A stretch of 24,000 bases of DNA from contig JAGOZV010000001.1 of the NCBI GenBank assembly GCA_018064165.1, positions 7,767 through 31,766 of the forward strand. Direction: 5' to 3'. Position numbers and translations under genes: made by a program. The DNA comes from Candidatus Saccharimonadota bacterium (lineage in GTDB: Bacteria > Patescibacteriota > Saccharimonadia > Saccharimonadales > Saccharimonadaceae). The notes under the pieces are model-generated. The model searched no databases. It saw only the letters and a list, made by a program, of their open reading frames with translations, and was not told the origin of the DNA. This document shows, piece after piece, positions 13,802-20,591 of this stretch (position 1 is its first letter; every line of letters begins with the position of its first letter).

Positions 13802-14292
13802 CCCAACAAAATCAAAAGAAAGAAATGTCTAAAGGTATTTATTTCTTAATGTTGATTCCAATCCTTATGTTTGGAGTTCTAGGTGGACTTATTGGATTTA
13901 TGGGTGACAATCCCGACCCCCTATCAGGATTTTTATGGGGAGCGGGTATTGGGCTTGCAGTATGTGTCATAACATTCATCGGAATGTACGGATGGGAGTG
14001 GATTAAAAAGGAAGTTGAAAAAGGACGATTGCTACCGTTCATTATAATTGGCGTTATTGCTGCCGTTGTAGTCAGTGCATACTTGGGAATGAGTTTAGGC
14101 AGACCTTCTTGTGTGGAGTCGGATACAGATAATAGGGGCAGTAGCTGTGTCGAATATGCAGACGATGGCTACGAAGCTACCGGCGACCAGAAATGGGATA
14201 AGTTTTGGAGTACCCTGCCTATTACTGTTATCATCGCTTCTCTAATTGCTGTTATCGTTCGCAATCAGATGGAAAAAGATAAGAAAAAATAA
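13798..14292 (+). CDS. Hypothetical 4-TM membrane protein with a Cys-containing acidic loop
   Basis: Its start overlaps the upstream stop (ATGA at 13798..13801). TM segments are evident. The loop reads GRPSCVESDTDNRGSSCVEYADDGYEATGDQKW. Confidence 0.6.
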   Translation: MTQQNQKKEMSKGIYFLMLIPILMFGVLGGLIGFMGDNPDPLSGFLWGAGIGLAVCVITFIGMYGWEWIKKEVEKGRLLPFIIIGVIAAVVVSAYLGMSLGRPSCVESDTDNRGSSCVEYADDGYEATGDQKWDKFWSTLPITVIIASLIAVIVRNQMEKDKKK

Positions 14293-14340
14293 AATCTTAA
14301 AAGATTCTTATGGATACTCAACGACTATTTAGAGAGACAA

Positions 14341-14526
14341 TTGTTCGAGCAATACCACCCTATCGCTAACACAATCTTTCCTAACGGAACTTACTATGGA
14401 AGAAGTGTATTGGGGAACGAAGGAGAATCCATTTCAGTCTCTGAATGGAACCCTGATATGGTTACTGTCAAAATACATAAGGGTGAATTCAATGGATTCT
14501 CGGACGGCAAGGCTCACTTTCGTTAA
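14341..14526 (+). CDS. Possible small hypothetical protein (TTG start)
   Basis: 61-aa ORF in an otherwise empty 285-bp gap. It has a non-ATG start and no clear RBS. The alternative-frame ORF 14396..14581 is equally unsupported. Confidence 0.25.
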   Translation: MFEQYHPIANTIFPNGTYYGRSVLGNEGESISVSEWNPDMVTVKIHKGEFNGFSDGKAHFR

Positions 14527-14577
14527 GTATATAAATTGTATATATCTACACTATAAATTGTCTATTTTCTATCCAAC

Positions 14578-14904
14578 CTAATGCGTAGCGCCACTACCTA
14601 GTTCAATCATAAGCACACCTCCAATTACAACGGCAATACCAATGGACATAACTAACGTCAGATGTTCTTTGAATAGTAGTTTGCTAAAAATCGCAGTAAG
14701 AGCAACTCCTGACGCTGCCCATATACCGTAAGCGACACCGAGGGCCATACCGCTAGAAAGTGTAAAAATCAGCATTGTAAAGGCAATAGTATATCCAACC
14801 GCAACAGCTACCCACCATCGACGCTTGCCTGAGCTTGCCATCCGTAATGAAAGTGCTCCTGATACCTCGGCAATAATTGCACCGATAAGAAATAACCAAC
14901 CCAT
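14578..14904 (-). CDS. Small multidrug resistance (SMR/EmrE-family) transporter subunit, second of a pair
   Basis: 108 aa with 4 TM helices. The membrane-embedded Glu lies in GAIIAEVSGALSLR, and the GVAYGIWAASGVALTA motif is present. Its start overlaps the upstream stop (TAATG). Confidence 0.85.
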   Translation of the reverse strand: MGWLFLIGAIIAEVSGALSLRMASSGKRRWWVAVAVGYTIAFTMLIFTLSSGMALGVAYGIWAASGVALTAIFSKLLFKEHLTLVMSIGIAVVIGGVLMIELGSGATH

Positions 14905-15251
14905 TATACGTTTCCTTTCTCTTTTCTAGTTGCAGCCTGTGAACCTAATTCAATCATTAGTACGCCAGCAATAATTACTACAATCCCTAGTACCATAATC
15001 GAGGTTAAAGGTTCGTTAAAAATCAAATGTGATAGGAACGCAGTCATTGCTACACCACAAGCACCCCATATCCCATAAGCTACCCCTAGAGCCATACCTG
15101 ATTTAAGTGCTTTTGTTAAAAACACAAAAGCTAATACATAACCTATCAATACCACTATATAGAAAATTGAATTATCCATCCCTGCCTTCAATGAAAGTGT
15201 AGCTACTACTTCCGAAATGATAGCTCCGACTAGAAATATCCATTGTTTCAT
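14904..15251 (-). CDS. Small multidrug resistance (SMR/EmrE-family) transporter subunit, first of a pair
   Basis: 115 aa with 4 TM helices. Glu14 lies in GAIISEVVATLSLK, and GVAYGIWGACGVAMTA is present. The two adjacent, overlapping paralogs fit a paired (heterodimeric) SMR arrangement. Confidence 0.85.
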   Translation of the reverse strand: MKQWIFLVGAIISEVVATLSLKAGMDNSIFYIVVLIGYVLAFVFLTKALKSGMALGVAYGIWGACGVAMTAFLSHLIFNEPLTSIMVLGIVVIIAGVLMIELGSQAATRKEKGNV

Positions 15252-15772
15252 TATTTTACTCCTTCTTTTAGTATTTTCTCTGAGACGTCTAAGATTGACT
15301 GCCTCTCTTCGACACTTATGTTCAACATCCCCAAGCCTCTATCGAACCAAGCCCCATCAGCGATAAGTCGAACAGTCATCAATGCAGACCGCCTAGTAAT
15401 GTCCGTAATATCGTAAAAGTTGAACCAAGCTTCAATCTGTTTAGCCCATTTAGCGTAAAGCTCATCTTTTAATTTGTAGTCAGCCATAAAGGCGAAATCT
15501 GATGAGTCTATTTCGTCAGACATTGCATACCTAAGGTAAGTCATCATCCTGTCTTCGGCGTTAGGTTTAGCAGGAGTTGCGTCAAGCATTAATTGCCATC
15601 TTTCTACGACATCATTCACAAGACCCATCATAAGCGATTTTTTTGTAGGATAGTGATGCACTAGTCCTGCTTTAGTTAATCCTATATCACGAGCGACGGA
15701 ATCAAGCGAAACCGTTTCCCCGTTTTTTATACGTTCCTGTGCAGCTTTAATAATATCTTTTTTCTGAATCAT
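15251..15772 (-). CDS. TetR/AcrR-family transcriptional regulator
   Basis: N-terminal HTH: SLDSVARDIGLTKAGLVHHYPTKKSLM. Size is 173 aa. Its stop overlaps the first SMR start. Confidence 0.85.
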   Translation of the reverse strand: MIQKKDIIKAAQERIKNGETVSLDSVARDIGLTKAGLVHHYPTKKSLMMGLVNDVVERWQLMLDATPAKPNAEDRMMTYLRYAMSDEIDSSDFAFMADYKLKDELYAKWAKQIEAWFNFYDITDITRRSALMTVRLIADGAWFDRGLGMLNISVEERQSILDVSEKILKEGVK

Positions 15773-15775
15773 AAT

Positions 15776-15793
15776 ACCATACTACCGTATGGT
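15776..15793. promoter_or_regulatory. Palindrome ACCATAC-TACC-GTATGGT immediately upstream of the TetR start (candidate TetR operator)
   Basis: Perfect 7-bp arms, overlapped by a second palindrome CTACC-GTAT-GGTAG. It begins 4 nt upstream of the ATG at 15772. Confidence 0.5.
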
Positions 15794-15882
15794 AGGTTTA
15801 TTAACAATATAATCTTTGGACGGTATTTATTTATATCAAGTTACGATATTACTTGTAATGATGGTTTGAACTTCTTTAACTA

Positions 15883-15892
15883 GGGTGTACCA
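15883..15892 (+). repeat. Right direct repeat (attR core): displaced copy of the tRNA-Arg 3' end
   Basis: GGGTGTACCA followed by AATTAG, as at the left junction. Confidence 0.7.
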
Positions 15893-15896
15893 AATT

Positions 15897-15926
15897 AGTT
15901 TGCTATTTGAAAAAGCAAACTTTTTT
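15897..15926 (+). terminator. Rho-independent terminator, probably the original tRNA-Arg terminator displaced by the insertion
   Basis: Hairpin AGTTTGCT-ATTTGAAAA-AGCAAACT followed by TTTTTT, starting 5 nt after the repeat copy. Confidence 0.7.
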
Positions 15927-15946
15927 AATATATAATAAATATATCT

Positions 15947-16036
15947 GGAGAGGTGCAGGAGTGGTTGAACTGGCTTGTCTCGAAAACAAGTGAGCCGGCA
16001 ACGGTTCCGAGGGTTCGAATCCCTCTCTCTCCGCCA
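15947..16036 (+). tRNA. tRNA-Ser (anticodon CGA), CCA encoded
   Basis: Manual fold: GGAGAGG-TG-CAG-GAGTGGTTGAA-CTG-G-CTTGT-CT CGA AA-ACAAG, a long variable arm, GAGGG-TTCGAAT-CCCTC, TCTCTCC-G-CCA. TATAAT at 15931..15936 is a plausible -10. The 15836..16060 minus ORF is an antisense artefact. Confidence 0.9.
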
Positions 16037-16047
16037 GAAGGAAAAAT

Positions 16048-16443
16048 ATGAATAAATCAATTTTTACGAAAATAATTGAGGGAGAAATCCCCAGCTATAA
16101 AATTTATGAAGACGAAAAAACTTATGCTTTTTTAGATATACATCCTGTAACACAAGGTCATGTTTTAGTGGTTCCAAAAAATCAGGTAGAATTTTTATGG
16201 GATCTTCCAGATGAAGATTACCTTGCTGTTATGAAAACGTCTAAAAAACTGGCTAAACATCTTCGCTCTAAACTTAATGTTCCTTATATTGGTGAAAAAG
16301 TTGTTGGTACAGATGTACCTCATGCTCATGTGCATCTTATACCCTTCTCTCAGTCGCATGAATTTCACGGACGACAAGATCTTGATGCTGAAATAAAGCA
16401 CAACGAACTTTCAGAACTATGTAATAAACTTCTAATAAAGTAA
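16048..16443 (+). CDS. HIT-family (histidine triad) nucleotide hydrolase/transferase
   Basis: The histidine triad HAHVHLIP is present. The N-terminal IF.KII.GEIPS.KIYEDE...AFLDI.P...GH.LVVPK pattern is typical of HinT-like proteins. Confidence 0.9.
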   Translation: MNKSIFTKIIEGEIPSYKIYEDEKTYAFLDIHPVTQGHVLVVPKNQVEFLWDLPDEDYLAVMKTSKKLAKHLRSKLNVPYIGEKVVGTDVPHAHVHLIPFSQSHEFHGRQDLDAEIKHNELSELCNKLLIK

Positions 16444-16461
16444 ATAAACAACACTATATAC

Positions 16462-16490
16462 TTGACAAATAATAAAGCATATGCTAATAT
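16462..16490 (+). promoter_or_regulatory. Near-consensus sigma70 promoter (TTGACA-17 nt-TAATAT)
   Basis: TTGACA lies at 16462..16467, then a 17-nt spacer, then TAATAT at 16485..16490. The predicted TSS is near 16497, about 50 nt upstream of the 16545 ORF, which has no SD. Confidence 0.55.
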
Positions 16491-16544
16491 TGTTTTAGTA
16501 TTCAATTGAAACAAATATAAAGAATACAAAACAAAGACAAAAAT

Positions 16545-16874
16545 ATGAACCAAACATTTTTACAATTAACAACACTACCACTTCTTATCTCTTCTTTAAT
16601 GGGAATAATGATACACGAAACGCATTTAGATAGTGCAATAACAAAAATTGTTGCGAGCAAGAACAGTAATGCAATTGTTAAATCGGAAGTTTCATCACGA
16701 ATGCCTCATGTGCATGCTCATGAGAAGCCAATGCTTGAAAATATGAGAGCTTTAAATTCTGGCCGTAATAATGCAAAGAGAAATAAAGGCGAAAACGAGA
16801 AAAAATATATTATCCAAAAGCGTAGTTCTTCTAGATCAATGTCCTCTGACGGAATATTTTGGCCGACAGAATAA
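16545..16874 (+). CDS. Hypothetical small protein (hydrophobic N-terminus, basic/His-rich remainder)
   Basis: It is the only sizeable ORF between a strong promoter and a terminator. It has no RBS and I recognise no family, so the transcript could instead be non-coding. Confidence 0.35.
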   Translation: MNQTFLQLTTLPLLISSLMGIMIHETHLDSAITKIVASKNSNAIVKSEVSSRMPHVHAHEKPMLENMRALNSGRNNAKRNKGENEKKYIIQKRSSSRSMSSDGIFWPTE

Positions 16875-16878
16875 AATA

Positions 16879-16906
16879 AAATGACCTCGAAAGAGGTTAT
16901 TTTATT
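16879..16906. terminator. Bidirectional terminator between the 16545 ORF (+) and valS (-)
   Basis: Hairpin AAATGACCTC-GAAA-GAGGTTATTT (one G-T pair) with A-rich and T-rich flanks. Confidence 0.7.
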
Positions 16907-16916
16907 ATTACAAGTT

Positions 16917-19463
16917 TTATAAAACGTTTAGTTCAGCAACAAGTTTGTCAACCAGTAGCTTTTTTTCTGACAACTGTTTCTTGCTTTCTTCCACTAAATT
17001 AGCGGGAGCTTTTTCTGTGTATGATTTGTTGTCTAGGCGAGCTTCTAAGTTTTTAATTTGATGACGTACCTCTTGAATGCGAATTTCTAGATTTGTTTGA
17101 TGCTCGTAGAGAGTCTTTTTATCTACATCTAACCACGCTTCCCTGCCACTTGCAGCAAGCCTTAATCCTTTTGGCTGATCAACTTTTTTCACTTCGTTTA
17201 CGCGCGTTAACTGCTTTATTAAATTGGCGTGTTCGTGAACAAGCGTGTCATTTTCGTATAAAATATCATATTTTTTATTGCCTGGAAGTTCGGCTGTAAC
17301 GTATCTTGTCTCGGTTACTAGTTTTTTAATACGTTTAAATTGAGCGGCGGAAATTTCATTGTAAGCTAAAGGTTCTGGCCAAGATGCGGTAATTAACAGA
17401 CTATTTTGCCAAGGAATATTTTGCCAGATCGTTTCTGTTACGAAGGGTGCAAATGGATGGGCAATTATTAATGATGTTTCAAGGACCCATGCTAGTACAG
17501 GTGGGTTAATTTCATTTTTGCTTGCCTCTATATACCAGTCTGCTACAGAATCCCAAATTGTATGGTAAATAGTTTCAGTTGCTTCAGCGAATCGGTAATT
17601 GTCTATTTGATTATTTAAAATAGCTATTGCATCGTTTAATTCTTTGACAATCCAATGATCGGCAATTGATTCAGGGGTGGGTGCGGTAGGTTTATAGCCT
17701 TCAGGTATTTTTTCACCGATGAAACGAGAAATATTCCAAAGCTTATTGCAAAAGTTGCGTGCAGCAATTACTTTGTCTGTACTGAAGGCTTGATTCTGTG
17801 CAGCTGAACGATTAGAAACAATACCCATTCTTAAAGCGTCTGAGCCGTACTGTGACAGCGTTTCCATTGGATTGACGACATTTCCTTTACTCTTGCTCAT
17901 TTTCTTGCCGTGAGGGTCTAGAACGAGGCCATTTAAGTATACTTCTTTAAAGGGAACTTTTCCTGTTGTGTAAAGACCAAGCATAATCATTCGCGTAACC
18001 CATGCATAAAGAATATCGGCCCCTGTCTCCATTACAGATAGAGGATAAAATTTTGCTAATTCCCCACCATCTAAATAATCTGTAGTTATATATGGCCACT
18101 GACCACTGCTAAACCACGTATCAAAAGTGTCTTCATCGCGGCGATAGGTTTTGCCATTAACAAGAATGGTTTTTTCATCGACATTCCTATTAAATATCCA
18201 ATCTGTAGGATCGTCGACGTTTTGGAAAGCAGGAATTGGAATCCCCCATGGTATTTGTCTGGAGATATTCCAGTCTTTCAACTCTTTTAAGTATTGAATA
18301 GCCACACGTTTTTTGCTAGTTGGTATCATTTTAATTTCATTATTTTCTAGCGCCCTAATTGCTTTTTCAGCCAGAGGTTTAGTGTGTATAAACCACTGCT
18401 CTTTAAGAAGGGGTTGTATAGGTTTATCGCTTTTGTAGTCGTATCCAACGGTGTGAACAATTGGTTTCTCGCCACGAAGAAGTTGCTCAGACTTTAGCGC
18501 TATTAGGGTTCTTTTCCGTGCTTCTTCTGGTGTTAAGCCAGTAAATTCACCTGGTACATTTGTCATTTTTCCATCGAAACCGATTATTTGACGTTTTTCT
18601 AATCCGTGCCTCTCCCCTACTTCAAAATCATTTGGATCGTGAGCTGGTGTAATTTTTACAGCACCTGTACCATAGTTTGGATCTACATATGAATCTGCTA
18701 TAACCGGTATTTCTCTGTCTGTTAATGGAAGCAATACGCGCGTACCTATTAGATCTTTATATCGTTCATCATCTGGATGAACAGCTATGGCGGTATCTCC
18801 GAACATCGTTTCGGGACGAGTTGTGGCAACGATGATTTCGCCTATTTTGTCGTAAGTTGGATAAGCAATATTCCAAAGAGTCCCCTTCTCTTCCTTATAT
18901 TTTACCTCTATGTCTGAATAGCTAGTTTGATAAGTTGTACTATAGTTAACAATCCTCTCACCCCTGTAAATTAAGCCTTCTCGCCACATTTTTTCAAAGG
19001 TATCATAAACTGTGAAAATTACTTTTTCATCGAGCGTGAAGGTAAGATTATTCCAATCTGCACTTAACCCTAATGCGCGTAGCTGAAGCTCCATATTGCC
19101 TCGTTGCTCTTGTACAAAATTCCAAACCTGGCTATACAGCTGCTCTCGGGTAAAATCAAACCGACTCTCCCCTTTTTCCTGTAAAATTTTGTCGTAAACA
19201 ACCCAAGTTTCGAAACCTGCGTGGTCGGCACCCGGTATGTATTCAGTGCTATACCCTTTCATCCGGTGGTATCTAATCAAAATATCTTGTATAGCAAGCG
19301 TTAATGCGTGTCCGACATGAAGATTGCCATTAGCGTTTGGTGGAGGCATAACAATTGAGTACGGCTCGCCTGTTTCCGATGGTTCAAAGGCGGAGCTATT
19401 TTCCCAGAGACCGTAAATTTCTGGCTCGTATAGATTTGGTTCATAAGATTTTGGTAATTTCAT
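16917..19463 (-). CDS. valS: Valine--tRNA ligase
   Basis: It carries the HIGH motif (PPPNANGNLHVGHAL), the KMSKS motif (GKKMSKSKGN), editing-domain blocks (TTRPETMFGDTAIAVHP, GTGAVKITPAHDPNDFE) and a C-terminal coiled coil. I prefer ATG 19463 (MKLPKSYEPNLYEPEIYGLWE, the canonical ValS N-terminus). The track start at 19523 is a TTG adding 20 aa, so the start is uncertain. Confidence 0.95.
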   Translation of the reverse strand: MKLPKSYEPNLYEPEIYGLWENSSAFEPSETGEPYSIVMPPPNANGNLHVGHALTLAIQDILIRYHRMKGYSTEYIPGADHAGFETWVVYDKILQEKGESRFDFTREQLYSQVWNFVQEQRGNMELQLRALGLSADWNNLTFTLDEKVIFTVYDTFEKMWREGLIYRGERIVNYSTTYQTSYSDIEVKYKEEKGTLWNIAYPTYDKIGEIIVATTRPETMFGDTAIAVHPDDERYKDLIGTRVLLPLTDREIPVIADSYVDPNYGTGAVKITPAHDPNDFEVGERHGLEKRQIIGFDGKMTNVPGEFTGLTPEEARKRTLIALKSEQLLRGEKPIVHTVGYDYKSDKPIQPLLKEQWFIHTKPLAEKAIRALENNEIKMIPTSKKRVAIQYLKELKDWNISRQIPWGIPIPAFQNVDDPTDWIFNRNVDEKTILVNGKTYRRDEDTFDTWFSSGQWPYITTDYLDGGELAKFYPLSVMETGADILYAWVTRMIMLGLYTTGKVPFKEVYLNGLVLDPHGKKMSKSKGNVVNPMETLSQYGSDALRMGIVSNRSAAQNQAFSTDKVIAARNFCNKLWNISRFIGEKIPEGYKPTAPTPESIADHWIVKELNDAIAILNNQIDNYRFAEATETIYHTIWDSVADWYIEASKNEINPPVLAWVLETSLIIAHPFAPFVTETIWQNIPWQNSLLITASWPEPLAYNEISAAQFKRIKKLVTETRYVTAELPGNKKYDILYENDTLVHEHANLIKQLTRVNEVKKVDQPKGLRLAASGREAWLDVDKKTLYEHQTNLEIRIQEVRHQIKNLEARLDNKSYTEKAPANLVEESKKQLSEKKLLVDKLVAELNVL

Positions 19464-19560
19464 AACTATTTTTTTAAAAGTTTCCTCTGTTATCGGTGAT
19501 TTCACGTGAATTTTTGCACGCAATATTTAACAATAAGGACTCCACATACTCCTCCCTGTA

Positions 19561-19569
19561 ATTATATCA
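19561..19569 (-). promoter_or_regulatory. Extended -10 (TGATATAAT) for valS
   Basis: The minus strand reads TGATATAAT (19569..19561). It sits back-to-back, 12 bp away, with the plus-strand TGGTATAAT. Confidence 0.45.
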
Positions 19570-19575
19570 CATTTT

Positions 19576-19584
19576 TGGTATAAT
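19576..19584 (+). promoter_or_regulatory. Extended -10 (TGGTATAAT) placed for near-leaderless transcription of the FemAB-family gene
   Basis: TATAAT ends at 19584 and the ATG is at 19593, so the predicted TSS at 19591-19592 leaves a leader of 0-2 nt. No SD is present. Confidence 0.45.
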
Positions 19585-19592
19585 ATGTCTAT

Positions 19593-20591
19593 ATGGTAGA
19601 ACTTATTGAATGCAAAAATCGTGAAGAGTGGGATGATGATTTATTGGAAAACCAGGGCCACCCTTTTCAGTTATGGGGCTGGGGTGAAGTAAAAGCTGTT
19701 CATGGCTGGAAAACTGAACGTCTCATTATAAGAAATAACGATGAAATAATTGGCTTTGCCCAAGTTTTGACGAAAAAATTGCCGTGGCCACTAAAAGGAT
19801 TTTCATATATTCCAAGAGGTAGAGTACTAGTAAAAGAAGATTCAGATGTTTTTTATAATAAAATTGCAGAATTTATAAAAAAGAAATACAAATCTGTTGT
19901 TTTATCAATTGAACCGCATGCTTTTGAAGAGGTAAATTTACAGGGGTGGAAAAGGGTAGGACACGACAATTCAATTTTAGTAGACCAAACAATAATGATT
20001 GATTTAACGAAACCAGAAGATGAGATTTTGGCTGAAATGGGAAGAAAAACAAGACAAAGTATAAACAAGGCAAAACGAAACATAGACGAAATAAAACAAA
20101 TAACAGATGACGAAGAGCTAGAAAAATGCTTAAATATCTATGATTTAACAAGTAAAAGAGCTGGCTTTGCAATTCATTCACGTAAATACTATCAAACTGT
20201 TATGAAAGAGTTAAATAGTAACTCGCTAATCTTTGGTGCGTATATTAATAATGAACTAGTAGGCTTCTTATGGTTGGCTATAAGTGAATCTGTTGCGTAC
20301 CAAATGTATAGTGGAATTAACGAGGTCGGAGCAAAAAATAGGGTAAACTATGCTTTAAGATGGCATGCTATTACTAAAGCAAAAGAGTGGGGTCTAAAAG
20401 ATTATGATTTTGGAGGGTTGATGCCAGGAGGGGTTGAGTCTTTTAAAAAGGCTTGGAGTAATAAAACGACGTCTTTTGTCGGCACTTACGACAAACCTTT
20501 ATCTTTATGGTATCCTCTTTGGCACAGGGGTAGGCCATTAATAAATAAACTTAATCAAAAAAGAAAAGCACTAAAGCGTAAAGTTAATTAG
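19593..20591 (+). CDS. FemAB-family peptidoglycan interpeptide-bridge aminoacyltransferase (tRNA-dependent), putative
   Basis: 332 aa. The N-terminal HPFQLWGWGEVKAVHGWK resembles the FemX/MurM 'LQS.eW...K...GW' start. The GNAT-like repeat architecture and the size fit the family. The assignment comes from pattern memory only. Confidence 0.6.
   Translation: MVELIECKNREEWDDDLLENQGHPFQLWGWGEVKAVHGWKTERLIIRNNDEIIGFAQVLTKKLPWPLKGFSYIPRGRVLVKEDSDVFYNKIAEFIKKKYKSVVLSIEPHAFEEVNLQGWKRVGHDNSILVDQTIMIDLTKPEDEILAEMGRKTRQSINKAKRNIDEIKQITDDEELEKCLNIYDLTSKRAGFAIHSRKYYQTVMKELNSNSLIFGAYINNELVGFLWLAISESVAYQMYSGINEVGAKNRVNYALRWHAITKAKEWGLKDYDFGGLMPGGVESFKKAWSNKTTSFVGTYDKPLSLWYPLWHRGRPLINKLNQKRKALKRKVN

Larger units (their letters stand above)
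7918..15892. mobile_element. ~8 kb integrative element (large-serine-recombinase type) inserted at the 3' end of tRNA-Arg
   Basis: GGGTGTACCA (the last 10 nt of the tRNA) at 7918..7927 is repeated at 15883..15892. The repeat extends as AATTAG in both copies, with a 6-nt insert (TACTTG) in the left copy. The recombinase gene abuts the left junction. The interior has rep-like, XRE, HTH and cargo genes and looks slightly GC-richer by eye. A terminator hairpin follows each repeat copy (7940..7960 and 15897..15926). Confidence 0.65.

Noticed and set aside
14530-14561. Direct repeat TATAAATTGT x2 (14530 and 14552) in the gap downstream of the SMR operon
   Set aside because: It is short and AT-rich, lies in an AT-rich spacer, is easily produced by chance, and has no associated structure or gene.
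15836-16060. 74-aa minus-strand ORF from the track
   Set aside because: It is antisense to tRNA-Ser(CGA), the same RDSNPR artefact. Its 3' part is only of interest as the sequence that would complete the recombinase ORF in the excised circular form.
16705-16724. Near-perfect 20-bp palindrome CTCATGTGCATGCTCATGAG
   Set aside because: It falls inside the ORF at the His-rich peptide PHVHAHE. Alternating CAT/GTG/GCT codons generate the symmetry, and there is no independent sign of a binding site.
19463-19560. T-box riboswitch upstream of valS
   Set aside because: The leader is only ~90 nt, and I found neither the conserved T-box sequence nor a specifier-loop/terminator-antiterminator arrangement.
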